Below are positions 50,246 to 63,043 of a DNA stretch of 64,000 nt, piece after piece (position 1 is the first letter of the stretch; every line of letters begins with the position of its first letter). This DNA is from Alphaproteobacteria bacterium (GTDB lineage: Bacteria; Pseudomonadota; Alphaproteobacteria; Bin95). The stretch is taken from assembly GCA_965205265.1 (NCBI GenBank), contig CBDBGH010000003.1, positions 2,080,001 through 2,144,000 of the forward strand, given 5' to 3'. The notes below the pieces were generated by a model, which saw only the letters and a program-made list of their open reading frames with translations, was not told the origin of the DNA and searched no databases. The position numbers and the translations under genes are program-made.

Positions 50246-51352
50246 ATGAAGCTCGGCCTGTTCTCGATGCCCCTGCATCGACCCGAAAAGCCGTTTCTGC
50301 AGACCCTGGAGGAGGACCGCGAGGCGATCCTGCTGGCGGACCGGCTCGGCTATTCCGAGGCCTGGATCGGCGAGCATTTCACCTCCAAGGTCGAGCAGAT
50401 CGCCTCGCCGCTGATCTTCCTCGCCACGCTGATCCACGAGACGCGCTCCATCCGCTTCGGCACCGGCGTCATCAACATCCCCCACCACCATCCGGTCACG
50501 GTCGCGAGCCATGTAGCGCTCTTCGACAATCTCAGCGAAGGCCGCTTCCTGTTCGGCATCGGGCCCGGCGGCCTCGTCAGCGACGCCGAAATGTACGGCC
50601 ACCACGACCCGGCGGAGCGCCAGCGCATGATGCTCGCCGCCATCGACATCGTGCTGGAGCTCTGGCGCGGCGAACCGCCTTACCGTTTCGAGAACGAATG
50701 GTGGGACATCGCCATCGACGAGGCGGTGTTTCCCCGCCACGGCGTCGGCCTCATCTCCAAGCCCTACCAGGACCCGCACCCGCCCGTCGCCATGGCGATG
50801 GTCTCGGCCCATTCGGGCTCGGCCGGCGTCTGCGGCGGACGCGGCTGGATTCCCATCTCGGCGAACTTCATCCCTTCGCGCGACGTGGCGACCCACTGGC
50901 CGCTCTACGCCGAGGCGGCGGAGCAGGCCGGCCGCCCGGCGGACCCGTCGGTCTGGCGGGTGGCGCGCAACCTGCTGGTGACGGAAAGCGACGGGCAGGC
51001 GGACGACATTCTCGGCGACCCGGACGGGCTGTTCCACTTCTACTTCCGCTATCTGCGCAGCCTGCGCCGGCTGCCGGAGGTGAAGGCGGTTGCGGATGCG
51101 CCCGCGGAAGAGCTGAACGAGTTGCTCGACGTGGAGGAGGCCGTCGCCGAAATCCCGATCTGCGGCACGGCGGAAACCGTGCTCGACCGGCTGGTCGCGC
51201 TGCGCGAGGAGATCGGCCCCTTCGGCACGCTGCTCATCGGCATGCATGACTGGGAGGACCCCCACCTCTGCCGCGCTTCCATGCGCGCCCTCGCCGAGGA
51301 TGTCCTGCCGGCCTTCTCGCAGCATTGCGGGGCGCTGGACGGGCGGACCTGA
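50246..51352 (+). CDS. LLM-class flavin-dependent monooxygenase
   Basis: MKLGLFSMP, AWIGEHF, GRFLFGIGPG. Confidence 0.9.
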   Translation: MKLGLFSMPLHRPEKPFLQTLEEDREAILLADRLGYSEAWIGEHFTSKVEQIASPLIFLATLIHETRSIRFGTGVINIPHHHPVTVASHVALFDNLSEGRFLFGIGPGGLVSDAEMYGHHDPAERQRMMLAAIDIVLELWRGEPPYRFENEWWDIAIDEAVFPRHGVGLISKPYQDPHPPVAMAMVSAHSGSAGVCGGRGWIPISANFIPSRDVATHWPLYAEAAEQAGRPADPSVWRVARNLLVTESDGQADDILGDPDGLFHFYFRYLRSLRRLPEVKAVADAPAEELNELLDVEEAVAEIPICGTAETVLDRLVALREEIGPFGTLLIGMHDWEDPHLCRASMRALAEDVLPAFSQHCGALDGRT

Positions 51353-51432
51353 CGCTGCCGCCCCGCCCGGTTGCCGCCGAACAGGCCGTTGCATAGGATT
51401 TCGCTGCCGACCGCGAACGCCGGAGACACGCC

Positions 51433-52602
51433 ATGAACCGCGTTTCGACCCCGGAGACGGAACCGACCAGGGCCGAACATGCCGCGCGCACCGCGGCCTA
51501 TCTCGGCGCCGGCGAGGCGCGCGCCCGCGGCCTCGCAAACCGCGGCCCCATGCGCTTCGGCCCCGACGGCAGGCTTCATCCCGATATTCTGGCGGCATAC
51601 CGGAAGCACGGCTTCTACGTGTTCGAGGGCGTGATCGGCGAAGCGGAACTGGACGAGTTGCGCGCCGACGCCGACATGATGATCTCGCGCGCGCCGGTCC
51701 GTCCCGACGCCGATCTGGACGCGCAGGGCCGCCCCGCGCTCGGCCGGGACTATGCCCGCGAGCCCTATACGCTGGTGAAGCCGCTCTCCGACCCTTGGGG
51801 CGGCACCGGCAAGCTCAACGGCCGCCATCCCCACCGGATGACCCAGCCGACACCCGACGCCGATGCGCCGGACTATGTGGTGTTCCTGATGTACGGCATG
51901 TGCCAGGCCATGCCGGCGGCGCTGCGCGTCTATGGCCACCCCTGCCTGCTGGCGGTGGCGGAGGCGATCAACGGGACGGACTTCGTGCCCTATAACGACG
52001 CCGTCTTCGTCAAGCAGGCCGGCGTCGGCGGCTCCGTCGCCTGGCACCAGGACGGCGTGACCCACTGGGACTCGCCCGACTGGGACGAGGGCAGCCACGG
52101 CTTCAACTTCCAGGTGCAGCTCTACCCGACGACGCCCGCCAACTGCCTCTGGGTCGTGCCCGGCACCCACAAGGCGGGGCGGATCGACATTCCGCGCCGG
52201 GTCCGGGAAAACGGCGGCGACGAGAAGCTGCCGGACGCCGTGCCGCTCATCTGCGAGCCGGGCGACGTAACGGCCGTCAACCGCCAGATGCTGCACGGCT
52301 CCTTCGCCAACACATCGCCCGACAAGCGCATCTCGATCACCATGGGCTTCCATCGCCGCCGCTCGGTTCTGGGCCAGCGGGGCAAGCTCAGCATGGGCGC
52401 GGACCAGGTCTATGACGAGCAGCGCATCTTCGAGCGCTCGGCCGTCATCCAGGTCGCGATAGACGCGCGGCGGCAGCGCTTTCCCGAGGAGGCGCCCTTC
52501 CGCTACCGACCCTTCGAGGGGCTGGAAGAGCGGTTCCGCTACAATGACGAGACCTTCGAGCGGGTCATCCGCGACTACAACACGAAGGACCTGGCGATCT
52601 GA
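51433..52602 (+). CDS. PhyH-family Fe(II)/2-oxoglutarate dioxygenase
   Basis: WHQDG, NCLWVVPGTH, LHGSFAN..R. Confidence 0.88.
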   Translation: MNRVSTPETEPTRAEHAARTAAYLGAGEARARGLANRGPMRFGPDGRLHPDILAAYRKHGFYVFEGVIGEAELDELRADADMMISRAPVRPDADLDAQGRPALGRDYAREPYTLVKPLSDPWGGTGKLNGRHPHRMTQPTPDADAPDYVVFLMYGMCQAMPAALRVYGHPCLLAVAEAINGTDFVPYNDAVFVKQAGVGGSVAWHQDGVTHWDSPDWDEGSHGFNFQVQLYPTTPANCLWVVPGTHKAGRIDIPRRVRENGGDEKLPDAVPLICEPGDVTAVNRQMLHGSFANTSPDKRISITMGFHRRRSVLGQRGKLSMGADQVYDEQRIFERSAVIQVAIDARRQRFPEEAPFRYRPFEGLEERFRYNDETFERVIRDYNTKDLAI

Positions 52603-52634
52603 CGCCGGCGGGCGCGGACAGGGAGGATACGGAC

Positions 52635-53696
52635 ATGGATGCGATGGGCAGTTTCCTCGATTCGACCGAGCTCATGGAGGACGGCCCGGCGCTCGCCGAA
52701 CGGCTGGAGCGCGACGGCTACCTCTTCCTTCGCGGCCTGCTGCCGCGCGATGCCGTCATGGAGGTGCGCCGGCGGATGCTGGAGAAGGCGGCGGAAGGCG
52801 GCTGGCTCGACCCGGCGCATCCGGTGGAGAAGGGCGTCGCCGACAAGGCCGCCGCCTGCAAGGACCCCGAGGAACGCTACATGCAGGTGTTCCGGCGCAT
52901 GTGGAAGGACGAGGAGCTGCACCGGCTCCGCATCCATCCGAACGTGCTGGCGCTGTTCGAGCGCATCTTCGGCGAGCCGGTGCTGGCGCACCCGATGTTC
53001 ATCCAGCGCAACATCTTCCCGCAGACCGAGAGCTTCGATTTTACCACCGGCGCGCACCAGGACAAGGTGCATATCGGGGGCGCGACCAACCATGCGCTCT
53101 GGGCGCCGCTCGGCGACTGCCCGCTGGAGAAGGGGGCGCTCGCGGTGGCGGCCGGTTCTCACCGCGCCGGCGTGCTCGACACCAGGGTCGGCAACGGCGC
53201 GGGCGGCATGGACATCGCCGTGCCGATCCCCGGCGAGTGGGTCACGGGCGCCTTCGAGGCGGGCGATGCGCTCATCTTCGCGGACACCGTCGTGCATTGC
53301 GCGCTGCCCAACCGCACGGACGAGATCAGGCAATCCTTCGACGACCGCTACCAGCCGGCGAGCCAGCCGATCGCGGACACCAACATGGTGCCCTATTCCG
53401 GCTGCGGCACATGGGAGGAGGTCTATGCGGACTGGTCCTCCGACGACGGGCAGTATTTCTGGCGCACGCTCTCGCCGACCGTCGTGCCGCTGGACCGGCA
53501 ATATTACGAACGCCGCGACCGGATGGCCTTCGATATGGCCGCGGAGGGCGACCCGGCAGCGCGCGACGCGCTGCTCCGCATCGCCCAGCGCGATCCCGAC
53601 GAGGCGAAGCGCCGCCGCGCCGAAAAGGCGCTGCACGAACTCGCCGCCATGACAGGCCAACAGGAAAGCGGCGCCACGCACATTGCGTCGGCCTAG
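52635..53696 (+). CDS. PhyH-family dioxygenase
   Basis: RDGYLFLRG, AHQD, AAGSH, VHCALPN..IRQS. Confidence 0.88.
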   Translation: MDAMGSFLDSTELMEDGPALAERLERDGYLFLRGLLPRDAVMEVRRRMLEKAAEGGWLDPAHPVEKGVADKAAACKDPEERYMQVFRRMWKDEELHRLRIHPNVLALFERIFGEPVLAHPMFIQRNIFPQTESFDFTTGAHQDKVHIGGATNHALWAPLGDCPLEKGALAVAAGSHRAGVLDTRVGNGAGGMDIAVPIPGEWVTGAFEAGDALIFADTVVHCALPNRTDEIRQSFDDRYQPASQPIADTNMVPYSGCGTWEEVYADWSSDDGQYFWRTLSPTVVPLDRQYYERRDRMAFDMAAEGDPAARDALLRIAQRDPDEAKRRRAEKALHELAAMTGQQESGATHIASA

Positions 53697-53840
53697 AGGC
53701 CGCTGGCGCAGGCTGAAACCCACGCTTCAGGCCACGCCCCTCACAGGCGGATATTGCGCGCCGCGTCCTCCGGGTCCCGGTGCAGGAATTCCGGGCCGAG
53801 CCGGTCGAGGGACGGGCAGCCGATCTGGGCCATGACCTTT
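53654..53840. repeat. 187-bp direct repeat, left of IS1634 copy 3
   Basis: Identical to 58554-58740. Confidence 0.95.
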
Positions 53841-54432
53841 CCTGACTTCGACGGTTGATTCGCATAAGTAGTTGATATTGCCTGGTTCTCATTTCGGCTA
53901 GGCACTACATCCGGCATTTCTTCGAGCCGTGCTTCGTCGACGGTCAGGCGAGTTGATACGGGGTGATCGTCAGGGGCAGCCCCATGGTTGCGTAAATCTG
54001 CTCCGCCGCCGGTGTCGGCTTCGAGGGGATGACGTAGCGGTTGCCCGATTGCCGACAGCGCAGCAGGGAGCACTGGCGGTGGACGAGGGCGGAGCGGATG
54101 ACCTCCGGGGACATCCGCCGCTTCTGGATGGCGACGCGGTACGCAAGGTGTCGAACGCAGGCGAAGGCCAGTATAGCGCGACAATCTGGGTGAGAGCCGC
54201 GCGTCAATCAGGATGAGATTCCCCGGCGGCATCGGCGAGTTGATGATTGTCGCGCGGGGCGCGGATTGCAAGCGGTTTCGGATTTTGATTGTCGCGGCGC
54301 GACAAACAAGGTTTTCGGAGAGCGTTTTGATTGTCGCGGGGGGGCCGTCGGGTCGGAGAAGAGACGGCCCGCGGAGGCGATTCCCGCGGGCCGTGAGTGT
54401 TGTGGCCGCTGGGCCGATCTGGCGGCAGCGGT

Positions 54433-56780
<2,348 letters not shown>

Positions 56781-58553
56781 CTACTCGGAAAAACGTCACC
56801 GTTCGCCCAGCCGACCGACCCCGCCAGAAGGTCCAGGAAAAATTTTTTGAGGCGGCGGCCCGGAACTCCGGTCGGGCTACGCCCTCCCTCCGTTCCGGGC
56901 CGCCGCCTTCCCCCGTCTCATCCTGATTGTCGCCAGCGTCTCAAGCTGATTGTCGCGCCGCAGGCCAGGAAGGCGATGGCGATGTGAGCGCGGATCCGGT
57001 CCGGGTTCCAGTGCCAGATGGGACGTATCTTCAGGTCGTGTTTGGTGATCCGGAAGCTCTCCTCGACCTGCCAGAGCCCCTGGTAGTGAGCCATCACTTC
57101 GGTGACGCGCGCGTCGCGCAGATTGGTGATGACGCCGGTGAGCCCGTCCCATCGTGCGGCCTCGGCGATCTTCTCCGGGTTCACCGTGAGCCGTGCGTCG
57201 CCCTCGACGGCGATGAAGCGCTTCGCCCCGTGATTGGAGAGCAGTTCCCTGGGATTGTCGCTGCGGGCCAGCCTGTCGAGCAGGCGTTCCACCTGATGGC
57301 GGCGCTCGTGCGCGTCCTTGCGTGCGCGCTGGGGGCAGAAGACGACGATCAGGCGACGGCCCTTGTACTCCCACTCGCCGACCCGGCGGTCCTGTGAGCC
57401 CTCCAGCGGGGCATAGGTCCCGGGGTCGAGAACCTGCCCCAGCAGCGCGAGCGGCAGCTTGCGCAGCCGCGCGCCGACGACATACTCGCCGCCGATGGCG
57501 TCCATGGCGTCGAGGTTGTCGGCGCTCAGCATGCCCCGGTCGGCCACGCATACCGTGCGCTCCACCTGGTGGCGGCGCTGCATGTCCTGCAGGACCGGGA
57601 CCATGCTGTGTCCCTCGTAGGTGGCGCCGGGGAAGACCTCGTAGCTGATCGGCAGCCCTTCGCGCGTCACCATCAGCGCCAGCAGAACCTGCGAGTCCTT
57701 GTGTTTGCCGTCCTTGCTGAAGCCGTGCTGGCGAAGCTCGTCCTCGGCGGCCGTCTCGAAGTAGAGCGTGGTGCAATCGAAGAAGAGGATCGCGACCGGC
57801 TCCGGCAGCAGCGACCGGCTCGCCTCGCCGACGCGCGTGCGCAGTCGCTCGATCACCGTCGCGTCGAGCTGATCCATCATCCGGTAGACCTTCTCGAGCG
57901 GAAGACTCACGCCGAAGTCCTCCTCGAGCCGGCGCACGCTGCCCCGCTTGCTGTCGGGGTTGGCTACCCGCGCCATCACCACATGGAACAGCGCGTCATG
58001 GGAGGCCCGGTAGCGCGAGCGCGGCAGCAGCGCGTCGAGGCCCAGCAGCCGGTAGATCTCGCCATAGACCTCGTGGATGCCTGTGATCAGGCGCTGCTCC
58101 TCTTCAAGCTGCTTGAGGTCGACCGGGAGTTCCTCCTTGCCGTCCCCCCGGCGGCCGACACGGATCGCCTGCTCAGCGATCTTCTCGGGCGCAAACAATG
58201 CCGGCTGACGCTCGTCCTCCAGCTTCGCCTTGACGTACTCGCCGAGCTGCCTCAGGCGCTCGAGCTCGTCCTCGTCCATGGCCACGCCGACATGGCGGAC
58301 GATGCGCTGTCGGACCTTGCCGCCGTCGCGCACGGCCTCGACGATCTGGACCGAGCGTCGCGGGCTGTTGGGGGAGGTCTTGATGCGCACGAACATGGGG
58401 GGAGTGTAGCGCGTGGCGGAGGCATTGACAGTCTCAAAGATTTACTAGGCACTACAACGCAGCTTGACCGCACCGCAACTGCCAACTCATTGGCTTTACT
58501 GAAAACTCCAGACGCGAGATCGGTCAGAAGTCAGCCCAACCGTCGAAGTCAGG

Positions 58554-58740
58554 AGGCCAACAGGAAAGCGGCGCCACGCACATTGCGTCGGCCTAGAGGC
58601 CGCTGGCGCAGGCTGAAACCCACGCTTCAGGCCACGCCCCTCACAGGCGGATATTGCGCGCCGCGTCCTCCGGGTCCCGGTGCAGGAATTCCGGGCCGAG
58701 CCGGTCGAGGGACGGGCAGCCGATCTGGGCCATGACCTTT
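58554..58740. repeat. 187-bp direct repeat, right of IS1634 copy 3
   Basis: Identical to 53654-53840. Confidence 0.95.
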
Positions 58741-59810
58741 TCGATCTCGTCGCGGAGGATGTCCACCGCCCTGGCGGCCCCGGCTGCGCCGCCCGCGACC
58801 GCGCCGTAGAGGGTCGGGCGGCCGAGGAAGACGAACTTCGCTCCGCTCGTGAGCGCGATCAGTATGTCCGCGCCCCGGCGGACGCCGCCGTCCAGCATCA
58901 GCGCCATGCGGTCGCCGACGGTCGCGTCGAGCGCCGGCAGCATATCCAGCGGGGAGGGCGCGCGGTCGAGTTGGCGGGCGCCGTGGTTGGACACGATCAG
59001 CCCGTCTGCGCCGGCCTCCGCTGCGCGCAGCGCGTCGTCCGCTCGCAGGACGCCCTTCAGGATCAGCGTGCGCGGCCAGAGCGCGCGGAACCGCTCGATA
59101 TCGGGCCAGGTAAGGCCGGTCGGCCTCTGTCCGGCCACGAATTCATCGACCTCTTTGGCGCTGGCGCCCGCCGGCGCATAGGGCCGCCAGTTCTCCAACA
59201 TGGCGGAACCGTGCCTGATGTAGTCTTTCAGCCAGAGCGGATGGCGGAGCGCATTCAGCTTCGTCGCGAGCGTGAGCCTGCCGCCGAGGCCGTTGCGCCG
59301 GTTGCGCTCCTTGTTGGAATCGACCGGCGCATCGACCGTGACCACCAGGGCGGGAATGCCGAGGTCGGCGGCGCGCCGGATCATGTCTTCGGAGATCGAC
59401 CGGTCCTTCGCTGCGGACAACTGGTACCAGCCATGCTCGGGCGCCTCGCGCGCCATGTCCTCCATCGAGGCGGTGGCGACAATCGACATAACGAAGGGGA
59501 TATTCGCGTCCCGCGCGGCCCGCCACAGCATCGCGTCGCCGCCGCGGCGGAAATTGCCGATGCCGCCCGTGGGCGCGATGCCGTAGGGGCTGGACCATCG
59601 GCGCCCGAACAGCTCCACCGACCGGTCCAGCGTCGAGACATCCACCATGTAGCGCGGCACGAGCGAGCGCCGCCGGAAGGCCTCCTCATTGCGCTGGAGC
59701 CCGCCCTCGTCGTCCACACCGCCCTCGATGTAGTCGTAAACCAGCTTCGGCACGCGCCTCTTCGCCAGCACGCGCAGATCGTCGAGATTGACGCACTTGT
59801 CGATCTTCAC
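58641..59810 (-). CDS. FMN-dependent alpha-hydroxy acid oxidase/dehydrogenase, paralog 1
   Basis: IAPTG, ILKGV, SNHGARQLD, DGGVRRG.D, GRP; GTG start. Confidence 0.92.
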   Translation of the reverse strand: MKIDKCVNLDDLRVLAKRRVPKLVYDYIEGGVDDEGGLQRNEEAFRRRSLVPRYMVDVSTLDRSVELFGRRWSSPYGIAPTGGIGNFRRGGDAMLWRAARDANIPFVMSIVATASMEDMAREAPEHGWYQLSAAKDRSISEDMIRRAADLGIPALVVTVDAPVDSNKERNRRNGLGGRLTLATKLNALRHPLWLKDYIRHGSAMLENWRPYAPAGASAKEVDEFVAGQRPTGLTWPDIERFRALWPRTLILKGVLRADDALRAAEAGADGLIVSNHGARQLDRAPSPLDMLPALDATVGDRMALMLDGGVRRGADILIALTSGAKFVFLGRPTLYGAVAGGAAGAARAVDILRDEIEKVMAQIGCPSLDRLGPEFLHRDPEDAARNIRL

Positions 59811-59965
59811 CCGGCCTTCTCCCGGCATCGCCTGCCGCAGTTCCGGCCGGCGCAACGCTCCCAAATGGGTTCGGTCCCGCCGGCCGGCAACCGTCCGGCC
59901 CGAACAGCCCCTTCGCTCTTAAGGTCGCGGCCGCAACCTTCACTTCTTGCTTCGGGCCGCGGCCG

Positions 59966-61141
59966 TCACAGCCGGATGTTGCGCGCCGCGTCTTCCGGGT
60001 CCCGGTGCAGGAATTCCGGCCCCAACCGGTCCAGCGACGGGCAGCCGATCTGGGCCATCACCTTGTCGATCTCGTCGCGGAGGATGTCCACCGCCCTGAC
60101 GGCTCCGGCCGCGCCGCCCGCGACCGCGCCGTAGAGCGTCGGTCGGCCGAGGAACACAAACTTCGCCCCGCTCGCGAGCGCAATCAGGATGTCCGCGCCG
60201 CGCCGGACGCCGCCGTCCAGCATCAGCGCCATGCGGTCGCCCACTTCCGCATCCAGCGCCGGCAGCACATCCAGCGGCGACGGTGCCCGGTCGAGCTGGC
60301 GGGCGCCGTGGTTGGAGACCATCAGCCCGTCCACGCCGGCCTCCGCCGCCTGGAGCGCATCGTCGGTGCGCATCACCCCCTTCAGGATGAACGTGCGCGG
60401 CCAGAGCGCCCGGAACCGCTCGATATCGGCCCAGGTGAGGTTGGCCGGGACCTGTTCGGCCATGAATTCGCCGACCTCGAGCGCGCTCGCGCCCGCCGGC
60501 GCATAGGGTTGCCAGTTCTCCAGCATGGCGAAACCCTGTTTCATGTAGTCCCGGAGCCAGGCGGGATGGCGGAGCGTGTCCAGCTTCGTCCTGAGCGTCA
60601 GCCTGAGCGGGCGGCCGAAGCCGTTGCGCCGGTTGCGCTCGCGGTTGGAATGGACCGGCACATCGACCGTGACGACGAGCGCCGGAATCCCGAGATCCGC
60701 CGCGCGGCGGATCATATCTTCGGAGATCGAGCGGTCCTTCGCCGTGTACATCTGGTACCAGCCATGCTCCGGCGCCTCTCGCGCCATGTCCTCCATCGAA
60801 GCGTTGGCGGCCCCGGACATGATGAAGGGGATATTGGCGTCGCGCGCCGCCCGCGCCAGCATCATGTCGCCGCCGCAACGATAATTGCCGATGCCGCCGG
60901 TGGGCGCGATGCCGTAGGGGCTCGACCAGGTGCGGCCGAACAGCTCCACCGACTGGTCGAGCACCGAAACATCGACCATGTAGCGAGGCACGAGGGAACG
61001 CCGCTGAAAGGCGTCCTCATTGCGCTGGAGTCCCTCCTCGTCGTCCACGCCGCCCTCGATGAAATCATAGACCAGCTTCGGCACGCGCTTCTTCGCCAGC
61101 ACGCGCAGATCGTCGAGATTGATGCACTTGTCGATATTCAT
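59966..61141 (-). CDS. FMN-dependent alpha-hydroxy acid oxidase/dehydrogenase, paralog 2
   Basis: Same motifs; WYQMY and SNRERN intact; SD GGGGAGG. Confidence 0.93.
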   Translation of the reverse strand: MNIDKCINLDDLRVLAKKRVPKLVYDFIEGGVDDEEGLQRNEDAFQRRSLVPRYMVDVSVLDQSVELFGRTWSSPYGIAPTGGIGNYRCGGDMMLARAARDANIPFIMSGAANASMEDMAREAPEHGWYQMYTAKDRSISEDMIRRAADLGIPALVVTVDVPVHSNRERNRRNGFGRPLRLTLRTKLDTLRHPAWLRDYMKQGFAMLENWQPYAPAGASALEVGEFMAEQVPANLTWADIERFRALWPRTFILKGVMRTDDALQAAEAGVDGLMVSNHGARQLDRAPSPLDVLPALDAEVGDRMALMLDGGVRRGADILIALASGAKFVFLGRPTLYGAVAGGAAGAVRAVDILRDEIDKVMAQIGCPSLDRLGPEFLHRDPEDAARNIRL

Positions 61142-61321
61142 CCGGCCCTCCCCCGGCGCCGGCCGCCGTTGCGTCGGGCAGAGTATTCCCAACCGGCCCC
61201 GTCCTGTCAGCCGCAAACTGTCCCACCCCATAATGGTCCGCTCCGGGGCGCGACAAATGACCCGGCGGGATCGGGTGTAGCATGATGTTCATTAAATATC
61301 GGTAATAATTCTAAAAAACAT

Positions 61322-61349
61322 TTGACATATTAGAACAAGACTCCATATT
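61322..61349 (+). promoter_or_regulatory. sigma70-like promoter facing the structured non-coding region
   Basis: TTGACA-16 nt-CATATT preceded by an AT-rich UP-like tract (61281-61321). Confidence 0.6.
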
Positions 61350-61350
61350 T

Positions 61351-61767
61351 GGCCGGACGGGGCGGTGTCCGGAAGCCGCCTTGTCCTTCGCGTCCGCGCC
61401 GGCGCGAAAAAGCCTCGATTCAGCCGACAGGCGAAGTGCGCCCTGCGCCTGGCTCGCGCGCGCGGGCGCACCCGGGCAATCAGGCGCGCGATTCGCGCCG
61501 CCGCGAAACGCGCGCAGGCGGGCGCAGGCACGGGCGCGCAGGATACGCGCGAATCAGGGTCCCGCCGCGCCGGGCAGCCGGGTGGCGGGGAGAGTGGAAC
61601 AAAACGGGATGAAAGAACGATATGCGGAAGATGAACAAACACAGCTTCGGCGAGGCACACATGCCGCCGGACAAGCTCCCCTCCTGCTCGCGGGAGAGGC
61701 CGGGAGAGGGGCGGAACCCATGCTCGAACAGCACACAGGTTATGCGCCTCGCGCATGCGGAACATGA
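61351..61767 (+). ncRNA. Candidate structured ncRNA or long leader; continues at 63175-63231 after the IS
   Basis: Series of hairpins whose G-U pairs work only on the + strand; no convincing ORF. Confidence 0.35.
61677..61711. repeat. REP-like palindromic unit
   Basis: CTCCCCTCCTGCTCGCGGGAGAGGCCGGGAGAGGG resembles alphaproteobacterial CCCTCTCCC...GGGAGAGGG repeats. Confidence 0.45.
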
Positions 61768-61825
61768 CATTTGTATGGACGCCTCCCGTTACGCAAGGGT
61801 TGATTTGGTGTGAGGGTTTTGGAGG

Positions 61826-61960
61826 TTGCAGTTTTGTATCCGGCCTTTTGTGTGGGGCGTGATGCCCGCTGGCCCTGATGGGATTTGCCGATCCGCGCCT
61901 CATTTCCATGACGGGCCTCTCGCCCTTCAATGTCATGCAGGCTTGGCGGATCGCGGTCTG
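61826..61960 (-). ncRNA. Bridge/seek RNA of the IS1111 element (target- and donor-binding loops)
   Basis: Guide segments match the empty target and the circle junction (see findings); closing stem CGATCCGC/GCGGATCG. Transcript ends unknown. Confidence 0.8.
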
Positions 61961-62062
61961 CCCCGTTTGCCATCACTCCTTGTCGTGCCTTGCGCAATCT
62001 TCTGGCGGCTTCCTCCTGTGCCGGTTCGCCCTGTCGGTTTGTGTGCTGTTGTCGCTCTCACC

Positions 62063-63043
62063 CTATGTCGGCTGGCTGACGAAGTTCGCCTGGTATGCCC
62101 GGTCATGAGCCAGCAAGGCCCAGATCGTTCGCGCCGTCTTGTTGGCCAGCGCCACTGTGACCACGTTGGGCGGTCGCCGCGAAGCCAGGCGCAGGGCCCA
62201 TTCGGGCGGTGTCTTGCTTCTGGCGAGCACCGTGCGCGCGCCGTGGATCAGCAGGGTCCGCAGATATTTGTCGCCGCGCTTGGAGATGCCGAGCATGCGC
62301 ACCCGTCCCCCGGTGCCCGTGTGGCGCGGCGCCAGACCGAGCCAGGCGGCGAACTCGCGTCCGGAGCTGAAGGCGGCAGGATCGCCCATCACCGCCACGA
62401 CAGCGGTCGCGGTGAGTATGCCGACGCCGGGGATCTCCGCGACCCGCTGGCTGCCGGGACTGCTGCGGTGCCACAGCGCGATCCGTCGTTCGATCACGGC
62501 GATGTCCCTGTCGAGCGTACCGACACGCTTCCACTGCTCGCGCAGGGTCTCGACGACCGGCGCCGGAAGACGCGCCGCGAGGCGGTCCAGGGCCGGAGCG
62601 ATCCCACGACCGATGCCGGCCCGACCTTTCGCCATGACCTCGCCATACTCGGCCAGCAGGCCGCGCAGGGCGTTGATCTGCGCGGTGCGGAACTTCACCA
62701 ACTGCTGGCGCATGCGATGCAGCGCCAGAACCGCCTGCTGCTCCTCGCTCTTGACCGCCACCGTCTTCACGCCCGGTTGCTGCGCGGCGGTCCAGATCGC
62801 CCGGGCGTCACGCGCGTCGTTCTTGTTGCCGACCGCGAAAGGCCGCACCGCCCGCGCCCAATGCTGCGAGCCCCCGCACGCCTCCATCGCCACCACGCAG
62901 GGCGAACGGGCGGCGAAATGCTTCAGGAACTTCGCCCGCACCAGCTGCAAATCGACAATCTCCCCCGTCTCCCAATCGACCCAGTGCAACTGGAACACGC
63001 GCTTGGCCGTATCCACACCGACCACCGTTCTGTTAGTCTCCAT
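62063..63043 (-). CDS. IS110/IS1111 DEDD recombinase with an apparent internal deletion of about 15 aa
   Basis: GVDTAK, MEACG, NKNDARDA, IPGVG, REFAAWLGLAP, GTGG, ISKRGD.YLR, VALANKTAR. Confidence 0.88.
   Translation of the reverse strand: METNRTVVGVDTAKRVFQLHWVDWETGEIVDLQLVRAKFLKHFAARSPCVVAMEACGGSQHWARAVRPFAVGNKNDARDARAIWTAAQQPGVKTVAVKSEEQQAVLALHRMRQQLVKFRTAQINALRGLLAEYGEVMAKGRAGIGRGIAPALDRLAARLPAPVVETLREQWKRVGTLDRDIAVIERRIALWHRSSPGSQRVAEIPGVGILTATAVVAVMGDPAAFSSGREFAAWLGLAPRHTGTGGRVRMLGISKRGDKYLRTLLIHGARTVLARSKTPPEWALRLASRRPPNVVTVALANKTARTIWALLAHDRAYQANFVSQPT

Noticed and set aside
54170-54345. Repeated GATTGTCGCG units as a CRISPR-like array
   Set aside because: These are IS21 subterminal transposase-binding repeats with irregular spacing; no cas genes are present.
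61397-61409. CGCCGGCGCGAAA shared by the structured region and repeats R1/R2
   Set aside because: Only 13 GC-rich bases with no flanking similarity; cannot be separated from chance.
61292-61936. 214-aa minus-strand ORF and other short ORFs over the structured region
   Set aside because: It crosses the IS1111 boundary, is low-complexity and has no motifs.
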